From the IMG/VR virus record IMGVR_UViG_3300031998_000511, positions 1 through 30,755 of that record: a stretch of DNA of 30,755 bases; one strand, written 5' to 3'. This document shows positions 14,766-24,291 of this stretch, in pieces; positions within the stretch are counted from its first letter, which is position 1; each line of letters opens with the position of its first letter. The stretch is from a virus. A program made the translations under genes and the position numbers. The notes below the pieces were generated by a model. The model was given only the letters and a program-made list of their open reading frames with translations. It did no database searches and was not told the origin of the DNA.

Positions 14766-15488
14766 ATGGATGACTTTTCGGGAATTGGCGAAGCAATAGC
14801 GGGCGGAATTGGCGGTATCGCCAATATCGGTTTTGGTATTTATGACCGCCAACAGCAGAGAAAGAAAGACCGCGAAGCAAGAAAGCGCGTCCAACAGGTT
14901 ACGGAGCAGACCGCAAGCGACTACAACCAAATGGTTAATATGCTTGACAAATGGCGTAAAGACCAGATCAACACGGCAACGCCAGAAATGGTAAGCGAAT
15001 ATTCCCGCTTGCTTTCCAGCTTTGACCCTTCCGAATATACGGCGGATATAGAAAAGTTTGAATTTACGGACGAAAGCGGCAAGCCGCTAACGCGCGAAGA
15101 TTTCTTGGCGAAGAACCGCGAACAGATCTTGCAGAGCGTGACCGACCGAATACAGCACAGCGCGGCGGGAGCTGGCCTTGGACGCGGAACGGGCGCCGCC
15201 TTGGGCATTGCCGAAGGTGTAGCGGCCAAAGACGAAGAATTGCAGAAGATGGCAAACGAACAATACCTTGGGGAACGCCAGCAAGCTTACAGCGAATGGA
15301 GCAACTATATTGACAAGATGCAACGCAAGCTGGACGCTGAAAGGGCGGGAACAGAAAGCCGAATTTCTATGCTTGGCGGTGCAATAGGCCAGCAACAGCA
15401 ACAGGAAAGCGACTATATGGCAGACTTGCTTTCTTTGCTGGAAAACAAGCGCGCGACAATCAACCAAGCGAACCTTGCTTTGGTATAA
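14766..15488 (+). CDS. Internal/ejection protein candidate (Gly-rich hydrophobic N-terminus, coiled-coil body)
   Basis: It begins IGEAIAGGIGGIANIGFGIY, then runs Gln/Glu-rich helices. Its position corresponds to the P22 gp14/gp7/gp20/gp16 block. Confidence 0.4.
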   Translation: MDDFSGIGEAIAGGIGGIANIGFGIYDRQQQRKKDREARKRVQQVTEQTASDYNQMVNMLDKWRKDQINTATPEMVSEYSRLLSSFDPSEYTADIEKFEFTDESGKPLTREDFLAKNREQILQSVTDRIQHSAAGAGLGRGTGAALGIAEGVAAKDEELQKMANEQYLGERQQAYSEWSNYIDKMQRKLDAERAGTESRISMLGGAIGQQQQQESDYMADLLSLLENKRATINQANLALV

Positions 15489-15500
15489 CGGGGGTTTATT

Positions 15501-16490
15501 ATGGCTAGAGTTTACAACAGCACGCGTTTAATGCTTGACCCTAACTTTATCCTTTCGGCGCGAAGGGCCGCAGACGAGCGCGAAGCCGCCGCGCGTGAAA
15601 GCCGCCGCGACATTGCAAAGGGCATTAACCAGACTTTGGGCGCCATTGGTGGCGGCATTGACTACGCATTGCGTAATATGGCAAAGAGCGACCGCCGCGA
15701 CATTATGGCGAACGCACCAGACATTGATGATCCCGAATACAAAGCCGCTGTTGAACGTTTCGTTGAAACGGGAGATTTAAGCGGAATTAACGCTTACCGA
15801 CAAATCAAGGAAGGCCGCGAGAGAATGGCCCGCGAGGAAGCCGCCCGCGAAAAGGAACTTGGAATTAGGAAGCGCGAAGCCGAAACGATGGCACAGAGAA
15901 CGGCGCTTGAAGATGCGAAAATCAAGGAAGGATTGGCCGAGAAAGCAAGGCTGGATTTACAGGAAGCCGAAATTGAATACAAAAACGCTATAACGGGCGC
16001 CGACAAGGAACGCGCAAAAGTCAACATCAACAGGGCATTGCTTGACCTTAAGAGCGCTGGCAAAGATGTTAGCGGATATGTGTTGCCAGACGAAAAGCCA
16101 AGCGGCGATATTGGCGGAGCTGGTACCGAAGGCGCCGCCGATGATGGCAAATCCATTAGGGCGCAAATAAACGATTTCAAAGCAAGGCTTAACGCTGGGT
16201 TCAACACGAAGGCGGAACAGGCCGCGTTTATTGAAGAAGTGAAGGCAAAGCGCGAAGGCTTGAAGGGCGCCGAAGTTGACGAATTTGTCAAGCTCATTGA
16301 CGATGCGCGAAAGGTAAAGCCCGAAGAAAAGAAGGCCGAAGAAAAGAAGGCGGCACAGAAAAAGAAAGCCGACCTTTACGCCGAAAAGAGCAAGAGCGCC
16401 GCCGAATTTTTCGTTTGGTTCAATGGCCTTAACGAAAAAGACCAAGCAGATTACGAAGCCGCATTTAAAGAAGTTTACGGGGGCAAATGA
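15501..16490 (+). CDS. Internal/ejection protein candidate (charged, coiled-coil)
   Basis: 329 aa, Ala/Glu/Lys/Arg-rich. The call is positional. Confidence 0.4.
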   Translation: MARVYNSTRLMLDPNFILSARRAADEREAAARESRRDIAKGINQTLGAIGGGIDYALRNMAKSDRRDIMANAPDIDDPEYKAAVERFVETGDLSGINAYRQIKEGRERMAREEAAREKELGIRKREAETMAQRTALEDAKIKEGLAEKARLDLQEAEIEYKNAITGADKERAKVNINRALLDLKSAGKDVSGYVLPDEKPSGDIGGAGTEGAADDGKSIRAQINDFKARLNAGFNTKAEQAAFIEEVKAKREGLKGAEVDEFVKLIDDARKVKPEEKKAEEKKAAQKKKADLYAEKSKSAAEFFVWFNGLNEKDQADYEAAFKEVYGGK

Positions 16491-18181
16491 TGGCCGAACA
16501 AGGTTACAAGCAGAAAGTTTTAAAAGAGATTCTTTCTTTGTCTAGTGTTCCGTCCTTGACGGATCGTCAAAAGAAGTTTCTAAAGAATTTCGCTAATGAC
16601 CTTGCAAAGAAAGACGAAAGCGAAATTAGAAAATCCATCTATGCGACCTTTAGACAGGGCGGATTGCGCGGCGGAGAGATTCGCGGGCTTTTGCCTATCT
16701 TGCCCGATTCTAGCGAATTGAGAAAAACGGCCCTTGGAAAGAAGCCCGAATACAAGAAAGGCGGCAAGGAAAAGTTGGCCGAAATGTTCGCTGACGAAGG
16801 CGGCGCCAACGTGATAGACCAGCGCACAAAAGAATTCTGGATTAACAACCCGAATTTGGACGATGCGAAAATTGAAGCGGTGGCGAAGGCCAACGGGCTT
16901 ACCAAACAGGAACTTTACAAGCGCCTTGAAGAAGAAAGCAACAAGGAAACGCGCCGACAGATCGCGAAGGGCGAAGAATACGGCGGCTGGTTTGACAGCC
17001 CGAAGGCTTTTGGCTCCAACCTTGCGGGAGCCGTTACGGGGCTTGTTTTCCCGCGTAGCGTTGAAAAGGTGGAAGCTGGCGAAGATGTGAAGCCCGAAGA
17101 TGTGGGCTTGGACGTTGGCGAAAACTTGATATATACTTTGAACCCCGTTAGCGCTGGCGCTGGCCTTGGCTTGCGGGCGCTTGGAAAGTTTGCGCCGAGA
17201 GCCGCCGAAAAGGTGGGTTCCGTTGGTTCAAGGATTGCAAAAACGGGTGTAAGGAACCTTACTATTGGAACGGGCCTTAACGCCTTTGCAAATCCTATCC
17301 TGTTTGAAACGGCGGACGCCATTATTTACGATGATGGCCCGCGCGCGAAATTCAATACTACCGATGTGATAGCGGGCGGCGTAACTAACTTGGCAGTTCC
17401 TACTTTCTTGCGTTCTAGGCTTATGAGCGCTGGCAAGTTTGGCGGCGTTAAGGGCGGGCGCACAGATACAAAGGCATTGGAAAAGGCTTTTGGGGAAGGG
17501 GAGCAAGCCAAGATTCCTACGTTTGGCGAATTTACAAGCGACTTGGAAAAGAAGCTTTCACGCAAGAAAGAACTTGCCATAAAGGCCGAGAACAGGGGCG
17601 GCGTTGGCAACGTTGAAGCGCATTTGACGCCAGCGGAGCTAAAGGAATTTCAGAGCGTAAAGCCTATTTACGAAATTGGAACCGAAATAAACGAAGCCGC
17701 CGAAGGCATAGCAAAGATCATTGGAAACGAAGGCTTGCCGCTTGACGAAGCCACAAGAAAATATTTTTCTGGATTGCCGAAAGAAAAGCGCTATTCAATA
17801 CAGCTTGCGAACCGCGAATTGGGCGATGCGGCCCCATTCACGTTTGTAAAAGACGAATTCGCGCCGACAAACAATTTGCTTTACGCTATCAAGAATTCAA
17901 GTTGGGCGCCTGTACTTGAAGAAGCCGCCTTTATGACACCCGAACTGCAGAAGGCCGCGCAAAAGAGCGCAACGCGCCAAATGCTGTTGGGCGGTGCCGT
18001 AAATTGGGGTGCAAACAAGTATGGCGATACCGAACAGGGCGGCGTTGTAGGGCTTTTCCCCTTCTACGATGTGAAGGAACAGAGAAAGAAGGACAAGGAA
18101 GAACAGGAAAAGGCCGAAGAACTTGAAGCGATGCAAGGTTATATTTTCCCGTTTGAGAACGAAGAAAGCGAGGGTTTATAA
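16487..18181 (+). CDS. Internal/ejection protein candidate (large)
   Basis: 564 aa, with an ATGA start/stop overlap with the upstream gene. The call is positional, and no catalytic motif is recognised. Confidence 0.4.
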   Translation: MMAEQGYKQKVLKEILSLSSVPSLTDRQKKFLKNFANDLAKKDESEIRKSIYATFRQGGLRGGEIRGLLPILPDSSELRKTALGKKPEYKKGGKEKLAEMFADEGGANVIDQRTKEFWINNPNLDDAKIEAVAKANGLTKQELYKRLEEESNKETRRQIAKGEEYGGWFDSPKAFGSNLAGAVTGLVFPRSVEKVEAGEDVKPEDVGLDVGENLIYTLNPVSAGAGLGLRALGKFAPRAAEKVGSVGSRIAKTGVRNLTIGTGLNAFANPILFETADAIIYDDGPRAKFNTTDVIAGGVTNLAVPTFLRSRLMSAGKFGGVKGGRTDTKALEKAFGEGEQAKIPTFGEFTSDLEKKLSRKKELAIKAENRGGVGNVEAHLTPAELKEFQSVKPIYEIGTEINEAAEGIAKIIGNEGLPLDEATRKYFSGLPKEKRYSIQLANRELGDAAPFTFVKDEFAPTNNLLYAIKNSSWAPVLEEAAFMTPELQKAAQKSATRQMLLGGAVNWGANKYGDTEQGGVVGLFPFYDVKEQRKKDKEEQEKAEELEAMQGYIFPFENEESEGL

Positions 18182-20629
18182 ATGCGTAACTTTGACAATT
18201 ACGAACAGATAACCGACAACGAAGGCAACTTGCTTGTTGGCAAGCTGGTTTTTTGCCGTAAGGGTACAACTACGCAAGAAACAATCTACGCTTGGGATAG
18301 CGAACATAACGAATATGTGGCTATAAATCCCGTTGTCTACATCAACGCCAACGGGCGCCCCGAAAATCAAATTTACCTTGGCGATACCGATTACACAATA
18401 TATGTATTCAAGTATATAGGCAACGGCGAAATGGATCTTGACGCGGAACCCGAAAATTGGCTGGCGCAATATTCGTTCAATAACCTTTACTTAACCTTTG
18501 AAATTGACATAAAGACCGACAGCCCGACCCTTATAGCAAATATGGCGGAGCTTGAAGCGACCGACCCCGCAAACGTTGGCCTTGTCAACGGGAAGGCGCT
18601 TGTTTGCCTTGGCGGTTACAATGCGCTTGGCGATTGCCCGCCCGTTTTCTACGTTTGGGATAACGCCAGCACGAAAACGGCAAACGGCGTTGACATTGTG
18701 GCCGTTACGGGTATTTCCGTTGGCCGCTGGTTGCTTGTCAATACGTTTACCGAAACGGGCTTTGATGTTCGTCACGCTGGGTGCTTTGCGGCGCCTACAA
18801 CGGGCGAAACGAACATTAACCAAAGTTACGCTATCCAGCGGGCCGACACTTACGCCGTAAAATACGGGCTTAAGCTGGTGTTCCCAGACCTTTTTGACGA
18901 TACATATAGCTATTACCTGTTGACAAACCTAATTGTAAATAGCGAAGTTGTCGCGGCTGATGGCGTAAAGCTTATTTCGGACACAAGCGCGAACCTTAAG
19001 AACGTTTCCGAAGAAAACCTTAAAAAGAAGGTTCCGTTTGTCTATCACGATGGAACATATACGGGAACTTGGAGCGTTACGGGCGACACGATTAGAACGG
19101 GCTATTTTGAGAACGCCGAAACGGGTAGCAACACCAATTGGCCACCGACTATCGTAGCAAACAAAAAGTACATTTACGATGCGTCCTTTAATTGCGATGG
19201 CGGTATTGACCCCATAATTGCGGTTAGCAACATTGATATAGAATTTGTCTTGCTTCTGGAAAACGAAATTTACAGCCTTACCAATTGCAAGATTGAGAGT
19301 AAAGGAAAAATCAAGCGCCATTGCTATTTTAACAATTGCGAAATCAAGGGTACGTTCTTTGATTCTTCGTTGACCGCAAGGGATATGGCCGACAATTCTT
19401 TTACTGGTTGTAGATCGTCTATTGACACTTGGGGAAGCGTTGAAAAATTCGTTGTCTACAAGGCATATAACGGCGACCGCTGGCTAGACCTTAACGGGAA
19501 AAATTGCAGTTTGGATTTGTCCAGCTACGGCGGCGGCAACTATTACCCGTTCCCGTTCCTTAAGATTACAAACGCGACATTTTCCAGCGTTACAACTTTC
19601 CCCGTTGATAAGCACGGAGTAAAGGGAACGTTCCTAACGCTTGAAAACGTTTCAATGGCTGGTTTGGAACTTTCGACCAATACGGCCATTACTAGCTTTA
19701 TCTTAAAAAATTGCAATATAAACATCGTCCAAGAAAACAGCGGAACTTTGCCTAATGCCGTATTCAAGGCGCAAGGCTCTACAATTTCGGGCGATGCGTT
19801 GCAAGTAAAGACTTTTGAAATTAACAATTGCAATATCAAAAACGCCATTGGCAACAATTCGGCAAGCGCAACGGCAACGGGCATTGTTGAAGATTCCATT
19901 ATTGACGGGCATTGTATAGACTTTTTCTCTACAAGCACGTTTAACGTGATTTTCAAGAATAACGTATTGCGTAACGGCGGGCAATTGGGCTTTTATGGAT
20001 CGGGAGCAAACCAAAGCTTTGTTTCTACCATTATCGCCAACAATTCTGTTGAAGATGGCCCGCGCGACTTTATCGTTAACGGCGTTAGTTCTTGGAATGT
20101 TTCAAATATCGGTAGCTACGAATACAAGGGCAATACGGGTATTTTGAAGGGCGAAGATAAGATAAAGCTTGTCTTGCGTATTCCGTATTATACTTACGGC
20201 GCCACGATTCCAGACGGAACTTTGCGCTATATCCAGCAGAGAAGCACGAACAGCCCTTATTGCGACCTTGTAGGAGTTACGATTGGGGATTTGCTGTTTT
20301 CTTTTGGCGAAAATACGCAACACGATATTTTGGCCGAAACGGAGCCTAAATACAATACAACTTTAACAGAGCCTGAATATTTGCGCGAATTTTCCGATTC
20401 TGGAACCTTTGTAAACAGCGATACTTACAAAAATGTATGTGGCGCAATATGTACGGCGATCTATGACGCTGGCGTTGTTGATACGAAGGGCGTTTTTGAC
20501 GGAACGTTTGGCGGTTACGATTGCCTTGTTGTTACTCATAGCGGTATGAGCGATGGCGACTTGTGCGACCTTATCTTGAACGTTGAGAAGATTTACAGGG
20601 CGGAAGCTACAGGGGGGCTTGTGAAATGA
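18182..20629 (+). CDS. Tailspike with a predicted right-handed beta-helix
   Basis: 815 aa. The N-terminal anchor-like motif is DNEGNLLVGKLVF. The central region shows Asn/Cys ladder-like periodicity (NCKIES..., NCEIKG..., NCNINIV..., NCNIKNAIGNN..., NNVLRNGG, ANNSVEDG), typical of pectate-lyase-fold spikes. Confidence 0.6.
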   Translation: MRNFDNYEQITDNEGNLLVGKLVFCRKGTTTQETIYAWDSEHNEYVAINPVVYINANGRPENQIYLGDTDYTIYVFKYIGNGEMDLDAEPENWLAQYSFNNLYLTFEIDIKTDSPTLIANMAELEATDPANVGLVNGKALVCLGGYNALGDCPPVFYVWDNASTKTANGVDIVAVTGISVGRWLLVNTFTETGFDVRHAGCFAAPTTGETNINQSYAIQRADTYAVKYGLKLVFPDLFDDTYSYYLLTNLIVNSEVVAADGVKLISDTSANLKNVSEENLKKKVPFVYHDGTYTGTWSVTGDTIRTGYFENAETGSNTNWPPTIVANKKYIYDASFNCDGGIDPIIAVSNIDIEFVLLLENEIYSLTNCKIESKGKIKRHCYFNNCEIKGTFFDSSLTARDMADNSFTGCRSSIDTWGSVEKFVVYKAYNGDRWLDLNGKNCSLDLSSYGGGNYYPFPFLKITNATFSSVTTFPVDKHGVKGTFLTLENVSMAGLELSTNTAITSFILKNCNINIVQENSGTLPNAVFKAQGSTISGDALQVKTFEINNCNIKNAIGNNSASATATGIVEDSIIDGHCIDFFSTSTFNVIFKNNVLRNGGQLGFYGSGANQSFVSTIIANNSVEDGPRDFIVNGVSSWNVSNIGSYEYKGNTGILKGEDKIKLVLRIPYYTYGATIPDGTLRYIQQRSTNSPYCDLVGVTIGDLLFSFGENTQHDILAETEPKYNTTLTEPEYLREFSDSGTFVNSDTYKNVCGAICTAIYDAGVVDTKGVFDGTFGGYDCLVVTHSGMSDGDLCDLILNVEKIYRAEATGGLVK

Positions 20630-20898
20630 AGGTCTTTTTAGAGCTTATAGCCAAGTATGGCGGCGCAAGCGGGCTTATTGCCGCGTTTTGCGTTTACATC
20701 GCTTGCGCCAACGGCGTAGACAAGGCGAAGGAAAGCACCCAGCAGAACTACAAGTTGTTTGAATACCGCGTTTTGACGCTGGAATCGCAACAGAAGGAAA
20801 CGGCGGCGCAATTCGGGGAGATACAGAAGGCGCTTTTAAACATCAATGTTTCTATTTCAAGGATTGAAACGCTTTTGGAAAAAGCGCCAAAAAACTAA
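20626..20898 (+). CDS. Small protein with one TM segment and a coiled coil (holin-like or tail-associated, undecided)
   Basis: A hydrophobic GGASGLIAAFCVYIACANGV segment followed by a heptad region. It overlaps the tailspike stop. Confidence 0.4.
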   Translation: MKVFLELIAKYGGASGLIAAFCVYIACANGVDKAKESTQQNYKLFEYRVLTLESQQKETAAQFGEIQKALLNINVSISRIETLLEKAPKN

Positions 20899-20902
20899 TT
20901 TA
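20889..20902 (+). promoter_or_regulatory. Motif A copy 5
   Basis: Exact AAAAAACTAATTTA spanning the stop TAA at 20896..20898, followed by AGGTT, 19 nt upstream of ATG 20922. Confidence 0.5.
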
Positions 20903-20921
20903 AGGTTAAAAGGGCTGTTTT

Positions 20922-21443
20922 ATGGCATTGGCATATTTGTTAGATCCGTCTTTTCAAACCTTGAACGAAAACGGGGGCCCGCTTGTCGGCGGGCGTATAG
21001 AGGTGTATTACCACAATAGCCATTTGCCGTATATCACTAAAGCAGACTTTAACGGAACGAACAACCCTTTTGAAGTTCCGCTTAATTCAAAGGGAATGGC
21101 GGTAATAATTGCCGATTCGTCAAACGCCTACGATATTTATTGCTATGACGCTTTCCACGCCCTATATTGGAGCCGCGAAAACGTTACAACGGCTGGCAAC
21201 GTTGGCGATGTTAATATTGTTGGCGATGAAATACTAGAATTTACAAAATCCGTTTCGGGCAACGATGTAACCTTTAACGGATCCGTAAGGGATTTTTCTA
21301 TTGGACGCGACAAGTTCAAGAACGGACACGATTTGATACCCGATTCTAGGTTCTTGAAATTTACCGACTTCGCGGGCGATGTGGTAGTTAGCCTTTGCGA
21401 CAAATTGCAGAACTTTTTGACTAGCGGGGGGTATGTACCTTGA
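20922..21443 (+). CDS. Fibre/tailspike N-terminal-domain protein (possible adaptor for the second fibre)
   Basis: NENGGPLVGGRIEVYYHNS...ADFNGTNNPFEVPLNSKG repeats the anchor-like motif seen at the N-terminus of 18182..20629. Confidence 0.45.
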   Translation: MALAYLLDPSFQTLNENGGPLVGGRIEVYYHNSHLPYITKADFNGTNNPFEVPLNSKGMAVIIADSSNAYDIYCYDAFHALYWSRENVTTAGNVGDVNIVGDEILEFTKSVSGNDVTFNGSVRDFSIGRDKFKNGHDLIPDSRFLKFTDFAGDVVVSLCDKLQNFLTSGGYVP

Positions 21444-21619
21444 GCGAAGAAAATATTTTGCTAGGTAGTCAATCGCCAGACGCCGATGTTTTGTTTTACA
21501 ATAAAGACAAGGCATATTATACGGGCAACTTGCAGTTGCGCGACAGCGGCGTAGATTATGACCTTGAATTTGACGACAACGGAACAATTGTAACAGCCAC
21601 CTACGAATATGTAAGGTAA
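21440..21619 (+). CDS. Possible 59-aa ORF (TTG start) filling the gap between the fibre genes
   Basis: GGGGGG lies 7-8 nt upstream. The TTG overlaps the upstream TGA (cTTGAg). The translation is LSEENILLGSQSPDADVLFYNKDKAYYTGNLQLRDSGVDYDLEFDDNGTIVTATYEYVR. It is below the track cutoff. Confidence 0.35.
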   Translation: MSEENILLGSQSPDADVLFYNKDKAYYTGNLQLRDSGVDYDLEFDDNGTIVTATYEYVR

Positions 21620-21631
21620 GGAAGGCACAAA

Positions 21632-24088
21632 ATGAGAATTAACGCTTTAGGCAATACCGCCACCGACTTTGCAAACGATGACTATATAGTCATTGACGGA
21701 ACCACAAACGGCTCACGAAAAATGGCTAAAAGCTCACTTTTAAAAGTGACAAAAGAAAACGCAATAAAAGAAACTATTTCTAATTCTTTTGATCCTTCTA
21801 GAATTGAAGCGACAAAATATTTAGCTGGAGAAAGCGTTGTATATGAAGATTCTGTATATACATTTTTGGTTGATCATTATGGAGCTTGGGATAGCTCAAA
21901 GGTTCAAAAAGTTTTATCTTTAGATACTAAAACTAAAGACCACGCAAAATTAAAAAGTTGTAAATCTAAAGGATTTAATTATACTAAAGTATCGTATAAT
22001 TTTGGAAATAGAGCTTGGGGAATAAATCAAAAAATAAACGGATTTGTAAAAAGGGTTTCAGCTGTTTTAAATCCTTATTCTTCTATAGATGTTGTTTTTG
22101 TATCTAAACTAACAAAAGACTATAAAAAAATTTCAACGCTTGTAAATTCAACTTCAACAATTAAAGAAATTTCTGTTGATGTTGATGCTTACATAAATGG
22201 ATATATAGGATTGTCGGAAACTAGCGGTTTTTCTGTACTTCCTTTAGTTAAAAGAAATGACGGGTTTTGCAATGGTTTTGCATTTGTTTATAGTACCCTT
22301 AATTTTGAAGAAACAAAAAATTGGACTCCAGCAATAAGCATTGATTATTATGACATAGAAGATTATATAGACAAACAAGAAACAACATATACAAATATTA
22401 TATCTTCTAACGCTTCGCCAAGCTATGCAATAAACCAATCGTTTTCTAGAGCCGTTACGCTTAATAAAAGTTATAAAGGCAAAGTAAAGAATGTTAGTGC
22501 ATTTGTAAAAGCAAATAGCGAAATTGCAGTAGTAGTTTGCAATGATAACGATTTTACACCTTATATTGTATTGACTAATTCAACAAGTTCTGATTCTTGG
22601 ATTAGTGCAGATTGTGATATTAAATTAGACGATGGCGATTTTATAGGTATAATGCCTTTTGGTGGAACAACAGATGTTTATTGTCAAAGAAACAATGTTA
22701 ATGGCGGCGCAAGGTTCTATTTCACTAATACAGGCGTTTTTATAAATGAAAGCGATGTTTGGACAATAGCATTAAGATGTGTAATTGAAAGTAGCGTTAA
22801 AATTAGTGAAGAAAACGCAATTGAGATACCGAAAAATATTATTGTTCCTATTTATGGCCAATCATTAAGCGTTGGTGCTGACGCTACCCCGCAATTAAAA
22901 TCCGCTGGAATAATTAACGGAAATTCAATGAATGGTAAAGTAATTTGTACGTCTTTAAATATGACAACGCTTAATAGGTACGAATTGACTTTAATAAATG
23001 AATATGACCAAGAAACACCCGCAACAGGTTGTGTTTTGGGAATTTTTGAAGAATTAAGCAGGCTTACAAATATTCCAAAAAATTCTAAAGTGTGGGAAAC
23101 AATTAAGGTATTTGCTGTTTCTTGCGGCCAAGGATCTTCTTCGCTTGAGTCTTTGGCAGATCCAGACGGGACGCTTTATTCTGGTCTTATTAATGCCGTT
23201 ACCAGACTAAATACGTTAATAACTGACATTGGAGAAACAGCATTTATTCCAGCTCTCGTATGGATTCAAGGCGAAACAAATATGCGCTATGGCGTTACTT
23301 CGCCTTCTTATTACGCAGATGACTACAAAAATAAATTGTCTAATTTAGTTGCATCTATTAACACTGATTTTAAATCAATAACAGGACAGCTAGAAGATAT
23401 TAAGTGCGTTTGCTATCAAACTTCATCGCAGGGGTATATTAACGGGCAATATTACCAGCTAGATTGGAATTTTGTAAATATTCCTAAATTGTCAAAAGTT
23501 CCAATGGAGCAAATGCTTGCTGTAAGAGATTTAAGCAATTTTGTTGCAAGTGCTCCAGCATATACCATTGAACATAACGAAGATGTTGTTGGAAAAGCAA
23601 ATATTCATTTAACAAATGTTGGATCTAGGCATTTGGGGTATTTTTGCGGTAGCTCTATAGCTAATATCATATATGGTAAAAATCAAAAATGCGGAATTTT
23701 GCCAATATCTTACAATGTTGTTGGTAATGACATTACAATTAAATTTTTAGTTGAAAATGGAACATTGACAACAGATTCTTCTTTTGTAAAACGAATTTCC
23801 AATTATGGATTTTCTGTTATGACAAGTGGGAATATCGATATAATTACAAGTGTTGATATTTTTGAAGATTCTGTTGAAATTAAGTGCAGTCAAAGCCCTG
23901 TTGGCGCATTGTTAAGTTATGGTTGTATTGGAACAGATAACTACGATGGAAAAACAAAGGGCGCTAGAGGAAACTTGTGTTCAACATATTACAATTTTGT
24001 AGAAATTGAAAACAAAAAAATTGTCCAAAAAGAATTCTGTTATTCTTTCTATTGCGTTTTAGCGGCTGGGCAAAACAATATAGAATAA
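21632..24088 (+). CDS. Second receptor-binding fibre with a SASA/SGNH-type carbohydrate esterase domain
   Basis: 818 aa. The C-terminal half carries IVPIYGQSLSVGADA, LVWIQGETNMRYG and ANIHLTNVGSRHLG. These match the remembered sialate O-acetylesterase (SASA) landmarks GQSN, W.QGE.D and a His-containing block. Composition is markedly AT-rich from about 21730 onward. Confidence 0.6.
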   Translation: MRINALGNTATDFANDDYIVIDGTTNGSRKMAKSSLLKVTKENAIKETISNSFDPSRIEATKYLAGESVVYEDSVYTFLVDHYGAWDSSKVQKVLSLDTKTKDHAKLKSCKSKGFNYTKVSYNFGNRAWGINQKINGFVKRVSAVLNPYSSIDVVFVSKLTKDYKKISTLVNSTSTIKEISVDVDAYINGYIGLSETSGFSVLPLVKRNDGFCNGFAFVYSTLNFEETKNWTPAISIDYYDIEDYIDKQETTYTNIISSNASPSYAINQSFSRAVTLNKSYKGKVKNVSAFVKANSEIAVVVCNDNDFTPYIVLTNSTSSDSWISADCDIKLDDGDFIGIMPFGGTTDVYCQRNNVNGGARFYFTNTGVFINESDVWTIALRCVIESSVKISEENAIEIPKNIIVPIYGQSLSVGADATPQLKSAGIINGNSMNGKVICTSLNMTTLNRYELTLINEYDQETPATGCVLGIFEELSRLTNIPKNSKVWETIKVFAVSCGQGSSSLESLADPDGTLYSGLINAVTRLNTLITDIGETAFIPALVWIQGETNMRYGVTSPSYYADDYKNKLSNLVASINTDFKSITGQLEDIKCVCYQTSSQGYINGQYYQLDWNFVNIPKLSKVPMEQMLAVRDLSNFVASAPAYTIEHNEDVVGKANIHLTNVGSRHLGYFCGSSIANIIYGKNQKCGILPISYNVVGNDITIKFLVENGTLTTDSSFVKRISNYGFSVMTSGNIDIITSVDIFEDSVEIKCSQSPVGALLSYGCIGTDNYDGKTKGARGNLCSTYYNFVEIENKKIVQKEFCYSFYCVLAAGQNNIE

Positions 24089-24120
24089 CCAATAGTTTAG
24101 CAATAGCTTAACGATAGCGA

Positions 24121-24200
24121 AGCAATCTTGACTTATTGTCTATATGACTATTTGTCTATATTGCTTTGCTTTTTCTTTTGGTTCTTTTCTTTTGTAACTT
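24121..24200 (+). repeat. Intergenic element paralogous to 9161..9240, containing two direct TTGTCTATAT copies
   Basis: See 9161..9240. TTGTCTATAT occurs at 24136..24145 and 24152..24161. Confidence 0.85.
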
Positions 24201-24209
24201 TTTATTTAC

Positions 24210-24237
24210 TTGCTTTGCCTTCCAAAAAGGCTATATT
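24210..24237 (+). promoter_or_regulatory. Sigma70-type promoter candidate (TTGCTT-16-TATATT) for the early operon
   Basis: TTGCTT at 24210..24215, a 16-nt spacer, then TATATT at 24232..24237. The hexamers are the same as in the promoters at 27391 and 29541. Confidence 0.55.
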
Positions 24238-24291
24238 TTAGGTGCTGGACATTACATCTTGTTTATTCTTCCTTTTGTAGTTTACGGGGGC

